Of a stretch of 64,000 nt of DNA, positions 10,901 through 20,930 are shown piece after piece. The stretch is from Takakia lepidozioides (lineage: Eukaryota > Plantae > Bryophyta). The stretch covers positions 47,244,001 through 47,308,000 of the forward strand of contig CM060733.1 of assembly GCA_030704615.1 (NCBI GenBank), written 5' to 3'. Position 1 is the stretch's first letter, and every line of letters begins with the position of its first letter. A program made the translations under genes and the position numbers. The notes under the pieces were generated by a model, which made no database searches, was not told the DNA's origin, and saw only the letters and a program-made list of their open reading frames with translations.

Positions 10901-11289
10901 GCACTAACCGTGCCCGCTGTGTTGGGTGAGGCACAATCCTCACTCGACCATCCTCCCACACTCGGAGCAGGTGTATCCCCTCCCACTTGAACCTCTTGGC
11001 TCGTTGTAGGATCCGATCCCTCTCCTTGGCAGTCACAGTGGCTGCAGTGTCTCCAGTGCGGAGGTAGTCCAACACAACTGAATCCTCATGTATATCTTTG
11101 GCGCCACCTTGCTCATTGCTGGCCTCAGGGTCCTCAGACACTTGATCTACTGTCATCCATGTTGCAGGTCCAACCTGGCCTTCCGCTGCCAAGATACACA
11201 GAAATGCAGATGCATGCCATTCGGGCACCATCTCCTCGTCCGTCTCACCATGCCACCGAGCTCCAGTGTCATCCTGCTGGCTCGTGCAT

Positions 11290-12446
11290 GGATTGCGACT
11301 CAACCCATCTGCATTGTGATTGACTAAACCCGGTCGATGCACCACCTGAAAGTCATACTCTTGAAGGATGAGTGCCCACCGTGCAAGCTTCCCCGTAAGC
11401 TTGTCTGACTCCATCAACCACTTGAGTGGTTGGTGATCCGTGACAAGGGTGAAGAGATTGTCGTATAAATAGCACCTGAAGTGTGCCACGGCCCACACTG
11501 CAGCTAAGCATTCTCTCTCATATGAGCTATACTTAGACTCTGCAGCATTGTTCGAGCGGCTAGCATAAGCCACTACGAACTCTCTTCCCTCATCATCCAC
11601 CTGTGTGAGCACCGCTCCAAGCCCCAGCATGCTCCAATCTGTATGCAGCTGAAAAGGACGCCCCCTGATAGGTCGTCTCAAGATGGGCGCCGAGGTCAAC
11701 CTCACCTTGAGCTCTTGAAAAGCTTGTTCTTGCTCACCTTCCCACTGCCACTCCTGGTCCACCTTGGTCAGCTTGGTTAGAGTCTTTGCAATGGCACTAA
11801 ATCCCTTAACAAACCGTCTGTAATAGTTTGCTAACCCCATGAAAGCTCGAACTCGGCTCACATCCGTGGGGCGTGGAACCTGTGCAATGGACTCTACCTT
11901 AGTCTGCTGTACCCCCAATCCTCCAGGATATATCATGTGACCCAGATACTCAATCTGGTTGTGGAAAAACTTGCACTTGCCCGGATGTAACTTCAATCCG
12001 TGCGTCCTCAAGCACTCAAATACCCCCTGAAGGTGTCTTTCATGCTCCTCCACCGTAGCACTAAAGATGATGATGTCATCTATGTAGCACCGAGCAAACT
12101 CCACCCCTGCTAGAATCCTGTCCATGACTCTTTGAAACTCAGCGGGAGCGTTTTTAAGCCCAAATGGTAAGAACTGCCATTGGTATAGGCAATCCTTCCC
12201 GTGCTCATTGATCCCCCAGAATGCCGTCTTTTGCTTAGAGACATCCTTCTTGGCTGGCATCACTGTGGCTGAAGCATACTCTCCACCAGAGAGCTCCACC
12301 AAACCTGCCTCCCAAAGATCCTGAGTTCTCATCTGAATCAAGGACCTCTCCATGTCACTGTATCTATAGGGTCTCCGAAAGATTGGCGTGTCAGTGGCCA
12401 ATTCAATGCGAATCTCTTGACCCTTCAGTGCTCCCAAGTCTTTCAA
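11290..12446 (-). pseudogene. Reverse transcriptase and RNase H (element 1), with an in-frame internal deletion
   Basis: LPFGLKNAP, YIDDII, LHTDWS, VVAYASR, TDHQPL, ADGLSR. Lacks about 59 codons present in element 2 between KKD and KQKT (near 12238). Confidence 0.95.
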
Positions 12447-12929
12447 ACTGAAGGCAAAGCAATTCCTATAAGCCCTCAGGAACCGCCGTATACGTTGTCT
12501 CTCTCCTCCGGTGACAATGGGTCCAATGTCAGGCTCCCAATTGTCCTCTGTAACTGCAACCTTAAGTCCAGTGGGCTTAGAGGTAGAGGACGCGTCCCGT
12601 GGTTGCTATGCTGCAACCTCTTGAGCAGTACTCCATTCCTGCTCAGTCAATGACAAGGCCTCATCCTGCCCCATCATCTCATCATTGAGAACCTCCTCCT
12701 CCCGAGAAGAATCCCCAACCTCATCCATCACAGCTGCCTTGGCTGCCAACTCCCTCTGAACCTCGAGTACCTCCCACGTGTGCCATGGATGTCTACACCC
12801 TGTGGTCCTCACCGGCTCGCCCCCACTCGCTGCCTGTACCGTCTCGGTAGGCAGAGAGACCGTCAAGGGAAGTGCACTCCGCACTCTACGTTGCTCAACC
12901 ATAGCCAAGCTGATAATCCAGGTCAAGCA

Positions 12930-13875
12930 ATTGAGATCCATTGCTTGCCCCAACACCTGACGACGTGATGCCTCAGAAAGAGAAGGCACCGCCGTGGTCC
13001 CAGTGGAAAACCCCATAGCCCGCTCTCGCTCGTCGGCATTAGGCTCCACTAACTGTTGCATCTGAGCATCCCACAGGAGGCCAGGTCCACCATCCCGAAA
13101 AGCATGGGATCCTGGGAAGCTGAGCAGTGTAGGTAATGCTGCTCATGGTTGACCCACCCTGTTGACCACTGCCAAAGGCGAATGGTCATCGTGTCTCACA
13201 CGTTGAGACTGCCTCCCTGTGTCCAAAATGCTGTCCACTATGAGGTGTGTTGGCCGCTGCACCCCATCAAATGCATGCTTGAGCAGTGCGGGTGGCATTA
13301 AGTTAATCCACCATAGCCGTGGACGATGAGCCCGTGATCCCACTGCAGCTGCATCCAGCAGCACTGCTGACCCAAGCCACGACCGGACTTGATGCACACT
13401 GGCCATCACCCTGGCCCGAGAATCGCCCATCAGTGGCACATTCTCCAAGATGTATGCTGGTGATACAGCTTGATGAAGCTGCAAGTGGCACAAAATCCGC
13501 ACCATCTCCCAAAACAGACATGTCCTCGAGTCTCGCAATTCATTGTCATGCCCGGCTGATGAATGCCCTTGGCAGGGCCAACCTGCCACTACCAGATCAA
13601 TGGAGCCAACCTGCTCCAAATCGGCGCCCCAGCAACAAAATGTCTGCTGGCAAGGCTTATTGGTATCCACGAACTGCAGACACTGGCAACAAAGCAGGGT
13701 ACTGCTGTACCAACTGAGCAACATGGCGCAGTGAGACGCGTCGTGCAGTCTCATCCCTCTCCACATACAGGTAATGCCTTACCCGCACAAGTAACGCCTT
13801 ACCCGCACACCTGCCTGTAGCACAGCAGCCAATCCGGTGCTGATCCCGCCAAACAAGTCCAGAAGGCAAATGCCT
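12930..13875 (-). pseudogene. C5-cytosine DNA methyltransferase domain within Pol (element 1)
   Basis: Motif I LDLFGGI, IV AGWPCQ, VI ENV, VIII HRPRLWW, IX ERERAMGF and X LGQAMD in non-permuted order. Disrupted by a 20-bp duplication (13769-13808), stops and a frameshift. Confidence 0.9.
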
Positions 13876-14289
13876 TCATCCGGATACTGCCACACAATAG
13901 GTGTGGTATCCAATGGTGACAACTGAGGTGGTCCTGGTGCAATACCCGCATTCTCCTCCTCTCCTGACGGTACAAAAGCCTCTACCCAGGCTTGTTGCAC
14001 CCGTCGATCAGCAACCTGCTGCAAATCCTTGCTTGTACCCCACAATGGAGTGTGAGCAACCATGGCAGGCAACTCCGCCATACCATGCATGTCATCCTGC
14101 TCTGCTGGAGGTGGCACATCTTCTGCATGGGCATTGCCTTCCAGCAACTCTCCAGGCCAACTAACTGCAGCTGTAAAGGCGGCTAGTGTTGGCATCTTGC
14201 CCCGTTGGGCAGCCGCAATACCCCCAATGAATGTCACAGGGAGCTGTGCACGACGACCATCCCCTGACTGCCATCCAGGCCTGTAGAAT

Positions 14290-14600
14290 GCTGACTCCTC
14301 CCAAAAGTCCAGGGTGAAGCCCATGGGGTATAACTCTGCCCCACCAACGAGGACATCGTAAGAGACCGCGTTTGTCACAATGGCCTTGGCTCGCATGACT
14401 GAGCCATCGATAGGATGATCCGGCTGCAGTCTAATGGCCAACTGATGCCGTGTCATGCCCCGAGCCTGCTCTGATCCTCCCAGAGATGTCTGTATCTGGA
14501 AAGGACAAGGCTCCATATCCGCCTCCATGAGGCCCAAACCTGCAATAGCAGCTCTGCCCAACATCAGTGGCTGAGCTCCCGAGTCCAACAAGACCCGCAA
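14290..14600 (-). pseudogene. Retropepsin-like aspartic protease (element 1)
   Basis: VLLDSGAQ...YDVLVGG. Confidence 0.8.
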
Positions 14601-15006
14601 TGGCCGGTACTTCTTGTCTGCCTTCCAGTAACTCCGCAGAAGATGAAGTGACCTCCCCACTCTCACAGAGTGTTGCTGCTAGTCTAAACACTGCAGCTGG
14701 TCTTACCCCCAGCGTCGCAATCATGGTTGCCAAGAACAGTGGGGCTTGACACACAGAGGCAAGGCTGCCAACAACAGTGGGCTACACGAGGTGGCTAATG
14801 GCAAGAAACCTCCGCCTCGGTAACAGTCGGGCGAGAACTAGGTGCCATGGATGGCGTTGACACTGTCTCCGCCAAGGTGAATGACTGAGGCAGCCTCGCC
14901 TGATGGCTTGCCTCCCCACGTTGTGGATCCAACTCCACCTCTGTACCTCGTGGTTCAGGAACTCGTGCTGCTCCTCGAATCACGGCTGCAGCAGACTCCA
15001 CCTGCT

Positions 15007-16608
15007 CTAGTGGTAGTGCTGCTCCGCACATGAATCCCATGCCTCCATATCTCCTCCCTCGGGAGCAGGAGGTGGACCATCCCGCCTGGGAGCCGGTACC
15101 GCCTGAGCTATAGCCATTGCAGCGAGCCTCTGCTCTAGCTGCTGAAGCCGGTTGGCCATGCCTTGGTCAACACCCTGACCTCCGCGTCCGTGGCCATGTT
15201 GAGCTTGCCCTTGGCCTGCACCTCGTGCCCGACCACCTTGTCCTCTCTGGGCTGGTCCACCTCGCCCCCGGCCACCATTGTTCCCTTGGAACTGGCCTGG
15301 GCGCAACTCAGGATGCAAGTCATAACACTGGGCATCTCCATGCCCATACTTGCCACAATGCCCACACCGCAACTGTGTAGGCTGTGTTTGTGCCGGCCTT
15401 TTGCCACTCTCTGGGCAATCTCTCTTGACATGGGGTCCTCCACATGTCCAACATATCACCCCTGGTTGCTGTTGGCCTGCAAAAGATGCCACGGGCCTTT
15501 GCACCTGAGGTCCCCTGTAAGCTCCATGGAACTTGGGTTGGGAAACCTTGCCCCCCTGACCACGCTGTTGGGCAGTCCCTTGTGCCTGTGGGCTGGCAGC
15601 TGCTCCTCGTGCAGGCATGTCCTTGCCAAACCCAATGGTAATAACTCGCTCCTCCACCATGTTGAGCTCAATCCGCTCAGCCAGCAGAAACACATCTGCT
15701 AATGTGGGTTGGGCTGCTTGTAACAGGGTTGCATCCCGCACCCTTCTCCTGAGCTCCTTGTCCAAAATTCCATACCAGAACTGGATTGCCTGAGCTTCAG
15801 TAACCCCTTGGGTCACACTTATCAAGCGCCTCATACGAGTGTAGGCCTCTCGCAAGCTCTCACTGGGTTTGCGCTGGAAGTCTTACAAACTTCGCAGCTT
15901 CTCTGTCCGTACACCTTGGTAGTTCCTCCGCAACTCCCGGAAGAACTCCACCACCGGGTTGAATCTAGGCACATGTGTTGTAGTCGTGGCAGGAGGAGTA
16001 GTAGCACCTTTTGAACTGGTACCACCTGCAGAAGTACCGGCACTACTTGTTCCACTACTAGTGCTGGTAGTGGGAGATATTGGTACTGATGCAGCTACTG
16101 GTCGCATCGTGCCTCGAGTAATGGAGACGTAGTCAGGTGACCAATACATCCTCCACTCCTCAATCTCTGCTTCATGTCCTCGCCTGAACTCGTGGTAATC
16201 GTCCATAGGTGGGCCTTCCAAACGCTGGAACAGTCCCTTCCACGCCATGAATGGGATGAATAGCTGTGGATTGCGCATCTGCTGCAAATCACACCAGCTG
16301 TCGAACTCCTGGATAAAGTCATCCAACTCGATTGTGCCCACAGCTCCAGAGTACCTACGAGGCCCCTTGGTAGCTCCATACATCTCCTCCATGTCGTCCC
16401 ACAACAATGGCGAATGAAACTGCACACCTGTTGATGAAGCCTCCGAGTCTGTGTCTGACTCTACAGTAGTTGAGGGTGGCGGTGAAGGTGGTCTGAACCG
16501 AATACCTCGTCTTGTGAACCCACTCTCACTGTTACTGCTTGTAGCTGTACTCCCCTCAAAACCCTTGGGTAACTCCGTAATGACACTCACAATGTGCACC
16601 TCCTCCAC
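15007..16608 (-). pseudogene. Gag (element 1) with two zinc knuckles
   Basis: Q...ES.REAYTR major-homology-like segment; CWTCGGPHVKRDC and CGHCGKYGHGDAQC. Frameshift near 15885. Confidence 0.85.
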
Positions 16609-16697
16609 GTGACACTATAAGGCTCTAGTACTAATCTAATAGTGACACGGGTGGGCACCTGTTGCAGTCTAAGGGTCATATCCCAATGGCTCAGGGC

Positions 16698-16940
16698 ACC
16701 TGCACCTGCATCCACCGCAAGAACTCCTATGGTTGGCTGGTCATCAACCCAGCCTCACCATAGAAGAAACACTGGTGGTCTTGCTGGTCATCACTCCAGC
16801 CTCACCACCGACAGCATACTCTAGGATTGACCGGTGATCAAATCCGGCCTAATCCCTATGAAAGCAAGCGCCCACACAAAACCAACATGGCGCACAGTCA
16901 AGCATGCAGGTGTTGGGGGGATCCAAACACAAGAAATCAA
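16698..16940 (-). promoter_or_regulatory. Conserved structured leader RNA upstream of gag (element 1)
   Basis: Three related stem-loops (16728-16762, 16774-16809, 16822-16858) enclosed by CACCTGCAT 16703-16711 and ATGCAGGTG 16904-16912. Near-identical to 30727-30970. Confidence 0.7.
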
Positions 16941-17126
16941 AACATCAACACCCCCACACCAAAATCCAGCTGCAATGCTGATCCTGCAGAATATCCTAGC
17001 CCAAAACCCCGGACTGACTGGCCTCCACCAAGAGAGGCTTTGGCAACTACGAGTACAAGGTAATGAAAATAGTACAAAGATGGAGGGGAAGAATAGAAGC
17101 CCGCCCAAGCAAGATCTAATCCTGAT

Positions 17127-17876
17127 CTATGCTATCAACTTCCAGACTTCTCTCAAAGTGCCTCGCTCTGCTTGATGGTAAGGTGTAGGAGGTATATCTA
17201 TGTCCAGAAACCTGCCACTAACCTTGTCCCAAGCTACAGTAGCTCGCTCTAACCAACCCTCCTCCTCTTTCTGCCAGGTAGAGACAAAGCAACACTCTGC
17301 TATCTCCCGCTCACTGAACACTTAAGAAAGCAAAGGTAGGGTCTGATAGTTTCTCAACTCGAAAGCTTTGAGACGGTTGCGGGTGTCCTCATTGCGAATG
17401 ACTGCATCTCCTTCAAATAGAACAAACTTGTCCTCGCTAATGAACCCCCGCTTGTGGTTGCCTTGTGCAGAGCGTGTCCGGCTGCAACGCTGTCTGATTG
17501 CACAAACTTGTGTAGCTCCTGCTCCTCTGCTCCAGTACACCACAGCCTTGTGGCTGAACACCTTGGTCCCCGGGGCTGTCTTTGGCTGTGTTCCAAGCCT
17601 AGCTTTCACCCACTTTGGTATTTCACTTACAGCTGCAGAACTGCTGGCTCCAACAGAGTTCTGACTGTCCAAAGCGATATTGAGGCCCTCAACGCCAACT
17701 ACAGCAGTCTGTTGTCTACTGCCAATGCCTGACTCCCAGTATGCAATCAACTCGTCCAACTGTTCTCCACTCAAATCAGTCTGAGTTCCTTGGGAAACAT
17801 AAATCTTGTCCCCTTGTGTGCACAGACTAAGAGAAGAGACCTGCCCTTCAATTACGTCCTCATTTCCCCCAGCCAT
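17127..17876 (-). CDS. Extra ORF of unknown function upstream of gag (184 aa, plus 64 aa in frame after one stop)
   Basis: ATG-initiated ORF 17322-17876 abuts in-frame ORF 17127-17321. Same strand as gag-pol. No recognised domain. Confidence 0.4.
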
Positions 17877-18297
17877 ACAAGGAGGACATCCACAGATTTG
17901 TCTCTCAAATAGACCAGAATTGGTTCTAGAAACAGAATTGTGGATCTTTCACGACACACTCACACTCTAAAAATTCCATAGATTTTTAGCAGAGTCCCAA
18001 AAACAGAAACTAGATAGGTAGATTTCCCCTTTCTGCAGCTATCCCCTCAAAAACTGAGTCAAACGGAGCTCATTTGACAAAGATATGACCAACCAGGCTC
18101 TTTAAACATTTAAATTAGATCAAAAAGGCCCTTTTTTTTTTTTTAACACCAAAATGTTTTTGCCATTACAACCTGTTCCCAGGTTATCTATGGGTTCCCA
18201 AGGCCGTTCCCTTTCAGGCTTCTCCAGGCACCAAGAGCTCATTAACTCCAAAACTCGACCTCAGTTGGGTGGGGTATCACACCCTGGAGGCGATTTG

Positions 18298-18465
18298 CTT
18301 TTCTCTGCGCGTGGGCCTACCTCCTCGAGCTTTCAGGACGGCAAGGCAGCAGCCATGTTTACAGCACGCAGGAAGATTCAGAAGGAGAAGGGGCTCGAGC
18401 CTGATGAGTTTGAAGAGGCTGTAGCCCAGGCCTTATTCGACCTAGAGACTACAAACCAGGAATTG
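18298..18465 (+). pseudogene. RPS7: Captured 40S ribosomal protein S7 5' fragment (5'UTR and first 37 codons)
   Basis: ATG at 18355: [37 protein letters not shown], preceded by a pyrimidine-starting leader. Confidence 0.9.
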
Positions 18466-20030
18466 GGGCGATTTCAAGAGCAGATGCACTGCGCAACACC
18501 TTCATGGCTTATGGACAGGCGGCCTGCTGTAATGTGGCCGTCTTTGCATAGAATCCAAGGCCAAGACCAGCTTGAAGTTCCATCAACTTGGTCTAATTCG
18601 CATCTCTCGTCAGCGATTATTGTTGGCTTACAATGGTTTCCGCCTTCCTGTTACTGCTCGTGTTTCTTCAGTGTGCAATTTACAGGTCAGGGATCAGCGA
18701 CAACAGGCACCAGATTGCCCCGTCACCACCCCCACAAGGCACAGACAACTTCACTGCCAAGAAAAAGAAAGTGAACCATGCTCAACATGCAGACCCAAGG
18801 CCTGGGTCCATCTGCATCAGCTCCAGTATAAGAGAGACAATCATACAGTTATCAAGTCTCTACAGGGATTTGCGATTGCCTCAGTAAAGTGGAACTCAAT
18901 CTGCAGCCTCCTTCCGCCGCCTCTCCATCAACCCTTGGAGGCTCTCGTCCGCTGGCCTCATCCGTCAGCATTGCTTCTCCTGCTACGAGTCTTCGCATTT
19001 CCTCCCCTGCTCGCCTGTGCAGAAGTAAGTACCCTTGACGCCGAAATGACAGTAGAGGCAAGTGATCAGTTGGGAGTGTTCAAATGATGAGACAAGTAGA
19101 GCTGGAGCTCCCTTGACCTGTATCGCCACAATCTTGGACTCGGGCAGTGTGCTGAGTTGAAAGTTGGGTTGTGAACCACCATTCGACTTTCCACCAGTTT
19201 CCACCTCAAAATGGTGGAACCAAGGTGCAAGGCAGCAACAGCTACTTGGCTTTGTACAAACCTGAAGCACTTAAAAAAAAAAACGACTTTGCACCTTGCA
19301 CTCCCCGAAATCAACAATGCCCCCAACAACCCTTTTTGTCAGAAAGTTGGTTGCTTATGCAGATAATCGACCAGGTGAAAGCAGCTTTCCCAGCCACAGT
19401 CACAAGTAGCATGAAGATTTGTGAGACTCCTGGTTTTGCAGTGTTGATGATATGCCAGCAATGGGCTCCCCGTTCTCCACCGCTTTGCTGCTAGGCTTTC
19501 TCTCTCGGGCCTGCACCTTCAACCAGCTCGCTGCGCCGTGCTCTACCTGCCGGCGCTACATTTACTGGAGGGAGCGGATTTACAGCTCCTCCTTCAACTG
19601 GCTCCGCTACACCAGCTCCACCTGCTCTTCCGCTGCCTTTCCTGACTGCTTCTGGTCTGTCCTGGTTTGAATTTAACACTGGTCTGTGCACATCGAACTA
19701 AGGCGAGCAGCCCGGCCATCTCCAGGCACGGAAGTTCTACCCATCTGCTCGATCACAGGCTCCTCCTTTAAGTCTCGCACTTGGTCATTTTCCCAACGGC
19801 CAATCGCTGCTACTCCACGATGTCTCCTCACCGACCAAAACGAAGGCTGCTTCCATGCAGTGTAGCTCCATCATGCCCGGCGGCCTCATGCCAGAACCAA
19901 TGCTGATCGAAACCTGCATATTTTGTTTTTTTTTTTTTTTTTTTTAAGCTTCTAAAACTAAGCACTACTTACACACAGGTAATCGTACAAGTGCTAATTC
20001 TCAACTCCTACCTTGCACTCACAGGTAAGA

Positions 20031-20402
20031 GCTCATCTCTCTCGAGTTGAGCCTGCGCGACCGAGCTCCTGCATCGTTTAGGACTGAGTGTGCTCATGAT
20101 GGGAGTGTAGGTTGTTGTGGGGTGGAGTCGCCACAGCTTGGGGTGCCCCTGGCTCGACTTCTGTTTTAACGAGTGATGTTGAGGGATTTCATATTTCTTG
20201 TGTTGAGAGTGTGTGTCCTTTCAAGCCTTCTTATCACTCGAGAGAGATGAGCCACGCGACTGCCGCTCTCGTGAAGATAAGGTCGTTCAGGTGTCAAACT
20301 AAACTTGACACCTGATTTAATACTTGACCTAAATCCAAGTGTTAAATACAAATAACTAGCTTTATTCTAGTTGTTTTCACACTGTGCTTATTTAACTTGA
20401 CA
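20031..20402 (-). repeat. 5' terminal block of element 1 (sense X then inverted Y), with a 16-bp inverted repeat
   Basis: GCTCATCTCTCTCGAG at 20031-20046 and CTCGAGAGAGATGAGC at 20237-20252 flank the inverted segment. About 3 mismatches per repeat against the 3' copies. Confidence 0.95.
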
Positions 20403-20930
20403 TCCCTCTTAAACCAGGGCCAAAGATAAGAAGTATGAAAATGAAATGAAATGAAAATTTGGTGCAGAAAAGTCGTAGAGCTTAGAGGGAAAATGGAGGA
20501 AAACCGCAGAGAAAAAACTTCAGGACTGGCAAATTGAAAAGTATGTCAACAACGATTGAGTAAGGCTCCTCCTAGTGGGAGACTTCAGTGGAAGAATTGG
20601 TTATGCGAAAAGCAAGTCCAATGTTTCAGAGAATGATTGGAAATAGGCTATTTTCTTCCATTGTTAAAAACCTCTTTGACCGAATTTGAAGACTCCAGTG
20701 GTCGTGCCCGCCCATTTTGTTCTTGTGATCTATATGTTATGTAGGCGAAACTCCCCCACAGGGTATTTTTTGTTGACCAGGACGTACAGCAGGCCAGAAT
20801 CCAGCAAACCAGAAACAAAGGACGAGAACGTTCACTGGACATTCGAGGTTCAATGCGACATAAGAATATTGCAGAAAGAATCCCCCAACGCAAACAAGAA
20901 AGGCCATATAGAGAAGAAAAAATTTATTTC

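Larger units (their letters stand above)
8862..20402 (-). mobile_element. Ty3/gypsy-type retrotransposon 1 with DNMT and PHD and split/inverted terminal repeats; both ends present, ORF decayed
   Basis: Starts TGTCG and ends TTGACA. TSD TCCC at 8858-8861 and 20403-20406. Domain order Gag-PR-DNMT-RT-RH-IN-PHD. Confidence 0.92.

Noticed and set aside
20021-20030. CAGGTAAGA next to the inverted repeat (splice-donor or U1-like sequence) as a priming site
   Set aside because: The sense RNA would be identical to, not complementary to, the U1 5' end. It is a short match seen in one copy only.
8862-20402. Classification as a DIRS/Ngaro element because of the split repeats
   Set aside because: It encodes an aspartic protease and a DDE integrase and has a TSD. 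No tyrosine recombinase motif was seen.
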